64,000 nucleotides of DNA from Oikopleura dioica (Eukaryota; Animalia; Chordata), in the NCBI GenBank assembly GCA_907165135.1, contig OU015568.1, positions 10,168,001-10,232,000 on the forward strand, read 5' to 3'. The position numbers and the translations under genes are program-made. The notes under the pieces are model-generated. The model was given only the letters and a program-made list of their open reading frames with translations. It had not been told where the DNA came from and made no database searches. Shown here one piece after another: positions 50,284-60,200 of this stretch (positions within the stretch are counted from its first letter, which is position 1; each line of letters begins with the position of its first letter).

Positions 50284-51337
50284 TTAGACACACCCGCCTT
50301 CACATTCTTTTTCTTTTGTCTTCGACTCCATCCAGTGCGAGACTTTTCTGTCAATCGATAAAACCTTATCGAGCATCAAATCTCGCTCAATTTCCGGTTC
50401 TTCTTTGACATTCGCCGGTTTTTCAAGCAGCGAGTTGGCAATTTTTGACAAGTGATCATTCAACTCCACTAGTTGAAGCTCGTTTTCGACGCTGGATGCT
50501 ATGAAGTCTTTGAGCTGATTTACGACGTTTGATAAGAGTTGATTTTCTTCCGAAGTTCTTTCAAGCTCAACCCTTTAAAATATTATATAATAAAGAAATG
50601 TAGCATCTATTCAGATGATTTCAAAAATTTCGCGGGCCGAAATCGTCAAAAACTTCTTGACTAGTTTTGAAGAGCTCGTCGAGACGAGTCGAATGATATA
50701 TAAAACTCCAGATAGTTTTAAGATTTTCCGCCAAAAGTGATAAGAAGGTGTCTTATCAAAATTTTCTGACCGGCGCCGTTTTTGTTCTAGAAAAGCTGAG
50801 GTGATGCTTGACCCCGGAAAATGATCCTCATGGTCTGGTCTATTCCGGCAAAAATTTCAGCTCGTCATCATTTACCCAGCCGAGTTTATCGTTAAATTTC
50901 ATTTTCCGAGGAAAATGGGACTATGAATCGGCCGAAAACTAGGAACGTGCAGCGACAACAAAATGCACTATTTTTTGATTTTTCGCTGATAAGCACAGCA
51001 GGATATGTAAGGACGAGCTGAAATTTTTGCCGGAATAGACCAGACCATGAGGATCATTTTCCGGGGTCAAGCATCACCTCAGCTTTTCTAGAACAAAAAC
51101 GGCGCCGGTCAGAAAATTTTTGATAAGCCACCTTCTTATCACTTTTGGCGGAAAATCTTAAAACTATCTGGAGTTTTATATATCATTCGACTCGTCTCGA
51201 CGAGCTCTTCAAAACTAGACAAGAAGTTTTTTGACGATTTCAGGCCCGCGAAATTTTTTTGAAATCATCTCAGTCTATTAATTTTAAATATACCTGTGTT
51301 TCTTCAGCTCTTTTTTGAGCTTTCTCTGACGAAACAT
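50284..51337 (-). CDS. Small coiled-coil protein (about 110 aa), two exons split by an element-containing intron
   Basis: Exon 51337-51294 (MFRQRKLKKELKKH) joins in frame via GT-AG intron 50573-51293 to VELERTSEENQLLSNVVNQLKDF...ECEGGCV*. Confidence 0.6.
50613..51270. mobile_element. Fold-back/MITE-like element with about 255-bp near-perfect terminal inverted repeats
   Basis: Arms 50613-50866 and 51012-51270 are reverse complements with only a few mismatches or homopolymer differences; 145-bp spacer; no transposase ORF. Confidence 0.92.
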
Positions 51338-51709
51338 CCTTTCCTCTCTTTTGTTTTTCTTATAGAGTCTCCTCTTTGCTGTCGTCAATAGCGTCAATAA
51401 TAGAATTGATAGAGTATCGCTCGCGACCAGTTTTCACTATTCTCTCTTTCCTTTTTTGCACCGTGGGTGGCGTAGGGGTCGGAGGTTTTTGGTCCTAAAA
51501 AGAAAGCTGCCAGGCGGCTCGATTTCCTATTTCAAATTTGACGAACCCTGTTTTGTCTCCCATCAAAATACCCTGCCGAATGAAATTTCACGGCGTCATG
51601 TGACCACCAGTTTTGCTGATTACAGCGTAAAATCTTCTCTCGGTCCTAGTCCATCTGTTCTCAGCTAGTGCTCTTATGAATATATAATAAACGAGCGCGG
51701 CGGTTTAGA

Positions 51710-53563
51710 ATGGTATCCCTTGATTTGGATTCAAGCTCGGACTCTGAAGGCGAAGCGCGCCGCCCAACTAACTCAATGTCAGATTCAAACTCTGACAACG
51801 AACCGAGCTCCGGCAATAACGTCGCGGCGAGGATTGATTCTTCAGACAGGTATCTAACAAATCTGCCTCTGTATTCATTCAGAGAGTGGGTAATGTCAAC
51901 ACAAGGACTTTTTTCATTGTCACGTCGTTAAAAACTTCCGTTTTTCAAAAATATTTGGATCCGACAAATATTTGTCTTAGATCACGCGACTACAGTAACT
52001 GTTGTAGAATATTTTTAATTTTTAAGCAATAAAAACTCATCTTTATTAGCTCCGATGACGAGCCAAACAAAAGCCCGCCACCCCGAGCCACCACTCCGAC
52101 AGGAATGAGTTCCGGAAGCTCCTCAGATTCAGACGCTCCCGTCCAGAACCAAGGAGGAGGGACTCCAACTTACGGCCAGTCTGATAGTGGATCAGACTCG
52201 GATGATGATATCAAAAAGGCTCAGAATACCGCGTTGCCCACTTCGTCAGATGATTCGGATGATGATAACGTCAACAAAACAAAGCCTGCAAGTGAAGTTG
52301 ATAACATGTTTGGTGATATGTCGTCTGACGAGTCTGGGGATGAAAAGACGCAATCTCAGTCCCAGTCACAAGCATTGTCAACGCAGGACGACCCGATGGC
52401 AGGGTCGGATGACGAGGACAAGCGTGATCAAACAATCATTCCCGTCGAAATTCCGAAGATCAACACGAACTTAGGCGAGCAAATCAACTTCGTGCGCTTT
52501 CCGAATTTCCTATCAGTCGAACCAAAGCCCTTCGATCCCGCCCACTACGAAGACGAGGTGGAAGAAGACGATGACCTCGATGAGGAAGGAAGAACGCGAT
52601 TGAAACTGAAAGTTGAGAATACGATCAGATGGAGAAAAGTTGCTCAGCCGGACGGAACGGAAAAGGTTGAATCAAATGCGAAAATCGTCCGCTGGTCAGA
52701 TGGAACTCAGAGTTTGATCTTGGGAAATGAAAAGTACGACATTCAGAGTATGAAGCTCAAGGGAGACTTCAACCATCTGTTTATTCGACAGGGAACTGGC
52801 CTTCAAGGACAGGTGAATTTATTTTGTGCTTACTTTGGTTTCCGATCGCTTTTTATAGGCTGTTTTCCAAACTAAACTCACTTTCCGTCCATCTTCAACG
52901 AATTCTCTTACTCACAAGAAGATCATGGGCAGACTTGCGCAAAGGATCAACAATCCGATGCAAAAAGTCAAAGTCATCCCAGTCAGTGGAAACGATCCTC
53001 ACAAGGAGCGCGAGCGCCTTATCAGAGAAGCAGATGAACGAGGAAAGGCTGAATTGCGCCGAGAGCAGGTTCGTTTTTGACATGTTTCTTTCGATAGTTA
53101 TTATTTTTTTAGCAACGGCAGAAGATGCGAGAGCGAGAAATGCGCAAGAACATGGGAGCAGGATACTTGGAGGACGACGATGACAATTCATACAGTTTGA
53201 ATGCGATCAAAAGAGGCGTCCACAACCGAAGCGATTCGGAGAGCTCCGAGGATTATGCAGAGAGACGGGGTCCGATCAAGAAATTCGGTAAAGAAATCTC
53301 TTTCCAATAAGTTTTCCGAACAAATTTTTAGAGGATTCATCTGACGATGAAGACACCTTCGCTAGAAATCGAAACAAAAGTGGGGGTGACTCTGATGATT
53401 CAGACGCTCCAAAGGTACGAAATATCTGCGTACACTTTGTTCTATTAACAATTTCTAGCACAAAAAACATGTTATCAACGATTCCGATGACTCTGACGAT
53501 TCGGATGCGAAATCGGCAAAGTCAGACAACTCCGACAAGTCAGCAATGTCTGACTCTGATTAG
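51710..53563 (+). CDS. LEO1: PAF1 complex subunit LEO1
   Basis: Ser/Asp-rich termini; core [61 protein letters not shown]. Confidence 0.96.
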
Positions 53564-53639
53564 AAACAATTGACCTTTTCTTTCTAAAACATGCTGCCAG
53601 TATCTAATCTAACTGATGATCATTTTTGTTGCTTAAAGA

Positions 53640-54287
53640 ATGCTTCTCAAAAATGTTCATCGATTCGGACTCGACAACCCTCCAGAAGGCACCGAAGGTC
53701 AGATTTCTGCAGTGATGGGCGAGTACGAATATTGGCATTATATGTGCGACAGCTTCGACGATCGGGGCTGGGGATGCGGTTACAGAACGCTCCAAACCAT
53801 CGCTTCTTGGATCATTAGTCATTTCGAAGAGAAAACGCTTCCCAAAGTTGAGAGCATTCACAAATACCAGGCGATACTCGGATCAATGGGTCAAGAAATA
53901 CAAGAAGAAAGCCGCGATTGGATCGGAACCGTTGAAGCCTGTATGGTGATAGACCTACTGTACAACATTCCCTGCAAAGTTCTCCACTGTAAATCTGCAG
54001 CTGAAATCTACGCTCATATTCCCGATATTTTAACGCACTTTTCCAACTTTGGCGCGCCATTAATGATGGGCGGTGAAAACGACCACTATTCAAAGGGCAT
54101 TTTCGGAATTGCTCGAAAAGGCAGAAAATTCGAAGATGTCTATCTTCTGATTGTCGATCCTCACTACGCATCTGAAAGCCCTGATCCCGTTCAGGCGAGG
54201 AAATTTGTCTACTGGAAGGCGCTTTCTGAACTGGAGCAAGGATTCTACAATCTTCTTATGCCTCTGAGTTACAAAAGACCGGAATGA
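53640..54287 (+). CDS. UFSP1: UFM1-specific protease, catalytic-domain-only UFSP1 type; intronless
   Basis: LLKNVH, YWHYMCDSFDDRGWGCGYRTLQT, WIGTVEA, PLMMGG, DPHY. Starts 77 nt after the LEO1 stop. Confidence 0.92.
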   Translation: MLLKNVHRFGLDNPPEGTEGQISAVMGEYEYWHYMCDSFDDRGWGCGYRTLQTIASWIISHFEEKTLPKVESIHKYQAILGSMGQEIQEESRDWIGTVEACMVIDLLYNIPCKVLHCKSAAEIYAHIPDILTHFSNFGAPLMMGGENDHYSKGIFGIARKGRKFEDVYLLIVDPHYASESPDPVQARKFVYWKALSELEQGFYNLLMPLSYKRPE

Positions 54288-54490
54288 TTACTTATCAAGT
54301 GCAATAGTTATGTTTTCTACTCAAGATCTTATGCTTCTTTATCCAGACACACTTACTGAAAAAACTCGACAAATAAATTCAATTCTCGATAAATGACTCC
54401 ATCTATCGGTCTGCAGCATTCTCTAGAATTCTTGAGAGTAGGGCTAGGCTCTATGCAAAACTCAGAAACTAAATTTACGAGGGAGATTTT

Positions 54491-55215
54491 ATGGAAAACA
54501 AGAAGGAAAATGAGGAGAGATACACCATTCTATCGGTTTATAAAGAAGAGCCAGAGATTGACCCGGACTTTCGATTGCGAAACTCCGCGGATTTTCAATT
54601 GAGAATGCTTTATTTGAAAACTTATATCCAGCAGTTCAAGGTATTCCTTCAATCTTGGTCTTCACCTCATGAAATTTAAAAAGGAGGAGCACGGGTTCGA
54701 GGGTGATTTGACCTTCATGAGCCCAGAGGACAAAGTAACCTTCATTTTCACTATTCCTGGCACACAAGCACACGAGGGAAAGAAACGAAATTCTAAAAAG
54801 AAACCTGATATTCCGCCAAAGCCAGACACAAGACTCTTTCGTTGGAAAATGATTGATGGTAAGGGCTCTGAAGCACCTATTTCATTAATTTGATTCGTGT
54901 GTAAGGAACGGAAGGAAAGATCAGTGAAAAGTATGGTTGGATAGAAGAGGAATACTACTACAACTGGGATGAAAGCCACCCTCCGTCTAAAGATGATCTT
55001 GCCCTGATGGAATATGTAAGGATTGACCCTGTTATGTTTGTTAAAACAATACTCTTAGACAGGTTGGAGTAGAGATGACTTCAACAAGGCTATCAAGCAT
55101 ATACATAAACTGGGTAAAGAGTCCATTATTCAATTACAATATCGATTACTTTTTTTCAGAAGTTGCAATGAAAAAACGCAAAGAAGAAGAAGCGAAGGGA
55201 TGTTCAATCAGCTAA
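54491..55215 (+). CDS. Unknown protein (about 200 aa) ending in a polybasic stretch and CaaX box (CSIS*)
   Basis: Five exons joined by short GT-AG introns in frame; last exon EVAMKKRKEEEAKGCSIS*. One acceptor choice (cttag vs gacag near 55060) is assumed. Confidence 0.55.
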
Positions 55216-55308
55216 TCGTTCTTCCACAAAATTTATTCTATTATTGATATGCATTTTTTCGTCTCTTCACAGTACAGTGTAAAGTTTTGTCTTCAGAAAT
55301 CGGTCAAA

Positions 55309-56098
55309 ATGTCTCGTGTGAGTGCTGGAAGCGCCATCTCGATCGTTGAAAACAACGACGAAATTATAGCGATGGAGAAAAGGATACAAGATCAAATGAG
55401 AAAAATCCGGTGGGACTGGTTATAACCATCCTATCATTTTCATTTCATATTTTGTAGCGTCGAACATTCGCGTAAAAACTGGAAGAAACTGTTCCTCCTC
55501 TTTGCCGAGCGCGATGAAATGGTGATGTCGATCCCTGACTTTTGGTACACCGTCATCCAATGCGAAGAGCGAATCTTGAAGCATTTCACGGAGCAGGACT
55601 TTGAGCTGCTCAACTTCTTCGACGACCTCGAGCTGTCTTATTTGCAGGATGAGCACATCATCAAAGTTGGTTAGAAATTGCTCTTTTTCTGGCACTTTTG
55701 ATTTGTTTTCTTGTTCAGACTTCAAGTTCCGGAGCAATACGCATTTCCATAATCACATCATCACGAGAAAATATTCCCTTTCCTACGGCAAACTGCGCCT
55801 CTCTTCGGTCACACCCATCAGCTGGAAAAAGGGACACGAACCGCCAAAGAAGTCCAGCGAACGAGAATCGCTCTGTCCGACCAAGCCCCCGCTCATGTTT
55901 TTCGACTGGCTGGCCTCGCTCGAGCCCGTCGACAAGATGGGAATTTGGGTGATTTTGAAAATGTACCCAAATGCCTATAAGATGTTCGCACGCGCCCAGG
56001 ACAGTGCGCTCCATACTGCTTCGATTCTTTCAGAAGCAAGCATGAACGACACTTCACACTCGAAGCTTCCTTGTGAGACGATCACCGAGCAAGCTTGA
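55309..56098 (+). CDS. SET/TSPY-like NAP-family histone chaperone, divergent, no acidic tail
   Basis: Spliced product FAERDEMVMSIPDFWYTVI..KVDFKFRSNTHFHNHIITRKY..TPISWKKG..MFFDWL..DKMG..MYPNAYKMF parallels the SET motifs IPNFW, DFYFDENPYF, IKWK, SFFTWF, IWPNPLQYY. Confidence 0.78.
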
Positions 56099-56255
56099 AG
56101 CTTTATTTTCTCACTGTCTACTACTGGCTGCCCTTCACTTTCACTATTCCATATCTCAGAAAGAAATACACATTTTAGTTTCTATATTTGATTTGAATGT
56201 GTTTTAGTTTCAGCTAAACGATATCAGTTCTTCAAAATTACCGTTTTGAGAACTA

Positions 56256-57011
56256 CAGTCATTTCTCACCGTTGTTAACACCGATAGAGCGCCCCTTGTT
56301 AAGAAACTTGGGTTTTCCGAAAATAGATGGGCGCTTGCTAAGCTTGCCTTTCTCGGTTTTGGAAAGCGGAGCTTTGCACCCCTGTTAAGAAACTTGGGTT
56401 TTCCAAAAATAGATAGAGCGCCCCGTGTTAACCGCATGGGACAGAAGGTGCATTCCACTGTCATTTAAGACTTTGATAGTCAATATCTCAAAAACTACAA
56501 GTTCATATGAGTTATAAATTGGAATAGGGTTTCCTTCACTACTTCTTGCCTTACATGCTGAATTTCGAGAAATTATCGGTCACCAGCCGAGATTTACACC
56601 GGATTAGGCAGGGCGCTCTTTTCATCCCGCTGAGTATTTGCTAAAAGAAACCGAACCAACTGTCGGATATTTGTGATTATAAAGTTTATTTATAGGTTTT
56701 CTATCTTCGAGATTTCAAAAATTAAGTTTATTTTGCAAAAAAATCGTCGTAAAAATACTTTATTAGAATTAACCAGAAATTTAACACCACTTTTTACAAA
56801 TAATAAAATGTCAAAAACAATTTCTGACAACAGATTTGAAATCTACGGCCCAGATTTAGTACTGTCTAAAAGTTTCGAGTCGAGCCGATCTATAGTTTCC
56901 TTAAATGACAGTGGAATGCACCTTCTGTCCCAGCGCCTCTACCCCCGATCTGGCCCATGCGGTTAAGAAACATGAGTGAAATTCGGTGTTAACAACGGTG
57001 AGAAATGACTG
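56256..57011. mobile_element. Tc1/mariner-type MITE (TA target duplication, CAGT termini)
   Basis: TA|CAGTCATTTCTCACCGTTGTTAACACCG at 56254-56283 and its exact reverse complement at 56984-57013. Inner inverted block 56428-56470 vs 56901-56966. Internal TGTTAAGAAAC direct repeats; no transposase. Confidence 0.88.
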
Positions 57012-57069
57012 TAGTACCTAAAACTGAATAAGCAATGTTATATATGCAATTCTAGAATCGCTCTCCCAG

Positions 57070-57143
57070 GGCCGGTTAGCTCAGTTGGTTAGAGCGTCGT
57101 GCTAATAACGCGAATGTCGCGGGTTCGATCCCCGTACTGGCCA
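57070..57143 (+). tRNA. tRNA-Ile(AAT)
   Basis: GGCCGGTTAGCTCAGTTGGTTAGAGCGTCGTGCTAATAACGCGAATGTCGCGGGTTCGATCCCCGTACTGGCCA; canonical cloverleaf. Confidence 0.97.
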
Positions 57144-57152
57144 CATCCTTTC

Positions 57153-57157
57153 GCCTT

Positions 57158-57201
<44 letters not shown>

Positions 57202-57225
57202 TGTGTTCGATCCACAGTCAAGGCA
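57153..57225 (+). tRNA. tRNA-Phe(GAA)
   Basis: GCCTTGATAGCTCAGTTGGGAGAGCGTCAGACTGAAGATCTGAAGGTCCTGTGTTCGATCCACAGTCAAGGCA; T5 terminator follows. Confidence 0.97.
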
Positions 57226-57273
57226 CATCTTTTTCATTTTTTTTCCAAGTTTTCATTTCAGAGATCGGGCGAA

Positions 57274-57940
57274 ATGAGGGGAGAAAAGGGTCGTACGAAG
57301 GAGGAAGAAGACTTGCTCAACTGCTACATCAGATTGAAGGAGAAAAAAGAGAAACTACGGCGACTGAGGTTGATTTCCTTCATTTTCTCTGTTTTTCTAA
57401 ATTATTTTAGGCAGGAAAAAGCCGATAAAAAGAATAATCAAGCTCCGCTAGTGAAGAAAAACTTCAACATGGATCGTCAATTCAACGAAAAAGAGCTCAA
57501 AAATCAAGTCAAAAATGCTTCCAGCGCAACTGAACGTGCTAAAATGCTCCTCAAAGCTGGCAAATTGAAAGTCGACCAAAGAAAAAGGTTTTTCCATCGT
57601 AAACTACCGTTTTTCATCTTTTTTTCTAGTGCTGGATTCAAACGAAGACAAAGTACGGGCGCAGCAAAAGCGCGTCCTCTTCAACTCGATGAGCCAGAAT
57701 TCGAGCTTCCACAGTATGCAGACGATACAGTCATTGTTCCGTCCGAAGATAAATACAAAAACATACCAGACAGCAATGCTGGGCTACCTCAGGCTCCGAT
57801 GAAGCCAAAACCAAGACCTGTTCAAAAGGTACTCTATTTAACCCCTGTCGATTCTAAAAACCCCGCTTCAGAAACCACCAACGAAGAAGCCTCAAATCAA
57901 CCGCCAGCAAATCTGCTACGACGACGATTTATTCGACTAA
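57274..57940 (+). CDS. NELFE: NELF-E homolog lacking the RRM (about 179 aa)
   Basis: TKEEEDLLNCYIRLKEKKEKLRRL and ATERAKMLLKAGKL..KSAGFKR match the NELF-E N-terminus; last exon 57872-57940 ends RQQICYDDDLFD*. Introns 57369-57410, 57588-57629, 57829-57871. Confidence 0.75.
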
Positions 57941-58423
57941 CTCTTGTTCTCCAAACGACTAACTTGTTTCTAGAGTTCCACCTCTACCAAGATCACTGCC
58001 CAGTTATCTGCCAAACTGGAATATGCACACACTACAGTCGCTCTCTGTTAACTGTTTAGAGATCGGACTATCATTTAACTTACTGTTGACTACTGGTTCT
58101 GAGCTTTCTCCACTCTCTCTTTTCTCTTTTTTCCTTCTTTCTCAGTCTAAGCCGACAACGCCTCATCTTTGAGCTTGAACTTCGAAAAGAAACTATCGCG
58201 GGTTCTACCGTAGTATCTCAGTCTATACAGTTTTGCTCTAGTTTTATTGTAAATAAAAGAATCCATCGAAAAAAAAAATGAAAAACTTGAGTTCTAGTAC
58301 TCGACACGCCTGGCGGCCCTTGCGCGACGGTTGCATAATAAAAAAACTTGTAATAACTTTACTTTCAAAACGTTCATTTTTTACTTTTCCAAGAGGAAAT
58401 CCTGATTTCCGTTTAGACTCAAC

Positions 58424-59930
58424 ATGTTATCGCGGCAGTTCTCGAGATTGAGCCGGAAGCTCGCTGCCTCGTCTTCAGTCGCTGCTCAGAAAGGCCGAGA
58501 GGTCGACATGTGCATTGTCGGTGGAGGCATCATTGGACTCGCCACAGCTCGAGAAGTCAACATTCGCCATCCGGATTTGTCCCTCGCCGTTGTCGAAAAA
58601 GAACCAGAACTGGCTCTTCATCAGTCTGGATCTAATTCAGGTTTGAATCCACTCTTACCTTTTTCTCCATTATCTTAGGTGTTATCCACGCTGGAATCTA
58701 CTACGTTCCTGGATCTCTCAAGGCCAAACTCTGTGTAAAAGGCCTGAAGATGATGTACGACTACTGCGACGAGCACAACATCCCTTACAAACGTTGCGGA
58801 AAGCTGATCGTCGCGACAGAAGAAGAAGAATTGCCGAGACTAGATGCTCTCTGGGATAGAGCCATCGCCAACGGTTGCACTGTAAACATGGTCGATGCAG
58901 CGGGAATCAAAGAAATTGAACCTTATTGTACTGGCTTGCGCGCTATCCACTCCCCTCTCACAGGTGAGCTCTTTTTGCCATTATAGAAATTAATTGCTTT
59001 TCAATTCTTAGGAATCATCGATTACCAAGTTGTCTCAAGAAACTACGCCAAAGAGGTCCAAGAAAAAGGCCACGAAGTCACCTGTAACTATGAAGTTGCA
59101 TCTTTCGACGATGTTGGTGGCGATTATCCGATTTCTGTAAAGAGCGCGGTAAGTCCACTTTTCAATTCTTCTTAAATTTTCCCTCAAGTCCGGAGATGAG
59201 ATTAGAGCAAAATACGTCGTCACATGCGCTGGTCTTCACGCTGATCGAGTTGCCAAAAAGTCAGGTGGAGAGGAAATCCCCAAAATCGTACCTTTCCGTG
59301 GCGATTATCTCCTAATGGCACCCGATAAAGCTAAATGGATCAATGGTTTGTTGCTTTGATAATGGAAAATTTTAACTCTTTCATCTTAGGAAATATCTAC
59401 CCAGTTCCAAACCCGAAATTCCCCTTCCTCGGCGTCCACTACACTCCAAGAATGAACGGTGACGTTTGGCTCGGACCAAATGCCGTTCTTTGCATGAAGC
59501 GAGAGGGCTACAACTTGTTCGACTTCGATCTCAAGGACTGTCTCGACATCGCCCGATTCCCTGGCATTTACAAACTTGTGCTCAAGAACATCGGCGCTGG
59601 CATGGGAGAGCTCTGGCGAACATTCAACTTGAATGCTCAGCTGAAGGATCTTCAGCGCTTCGTTCCGGAACTTCAGCGAGAGGATATTATGCGAGGCCCT
59701 GCTGGTGTTCGAGCTCAAGGTCGGTTGCAGTAACTGCCATTTATTCAAATTTTTTAGCGATGGATTACTCTGGTGCTCTCGTCGACGATTTCATCTTCGA
59801 CCAGGGAACTGGACCCCTCGCCAATCGAATGCTTCACGTGAGAAACGCGCCATCTCCAGCTTGCACTGCCTCGCTCGCCATCGCCGAGATGATTGGTGAC
59901 GAGGTTGAAGCTAAACTTCTCAAGCTCTAA
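58424..59930 (+). CDS. L2HGDH: Mitochondrial L-2-hydroxyglutarate dehydrogenase
   Basis: Presequence; [74 protein letters not shown]. Confidence 0.96.
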
Positions 59931-60200
59931 CTTTCGCAATTGTCGATTTTGAACTTTACCCTTCTTCATTCTGTTTCATGCCAATTTTAGTTCCAGAAAA
60001 CCGCTAATGGTGCCTTTACAACTTCTTTTCGCAAATAATAAATTATAAATTTTACTTCTGCAGCACTCTCTTTTTTATCATTTATTCTCTTATCACTATC
60101 TATGATTTGCCTTATACACAATTCTTCTTTCTGTGCAATACTCCAAGTGTTACCGATATATTTATAAATAAAGCATTTATCTATGAAATAAATTAAATGA

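Larger units (their letters stand above)
51710..56098 (+). other. Probable SL-trans-spliced operon: LEO1 - UFSP1 - CaaX orphan - SET-like
   Basis: Same strand with stop-to-start gaps of about 77, 204 and 94 nt; acceptor TCTTCAG 13 nt before the SET-like ATG. Operons are established for Oikopleura; co-transcription here is inferred. Confidence 0.6.

Noticed and set aside
55420-56014. Minus-strand ORFs of 99-105 aa
   Set aside because: Shadows of the plus-strand SET-like gene, which has coherent splicing and family motifs.
56283-56430. About 43-bp direct repeats that superficially resemble a CRISPR or satellite array
   Set aside because: Eukaryotic context, no unique spacers of regular length; explained as subterminal repeats of the MITE.
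57941-58059. Alternative NELF-E 3' exon or ORF read-through (261-aa ORF as listed)
   Set aside because: The listed ORF runs through three AT-rich introns; the 43-nt intron model gives the conserved C-terminal motif, and no RRM is found in any frame.
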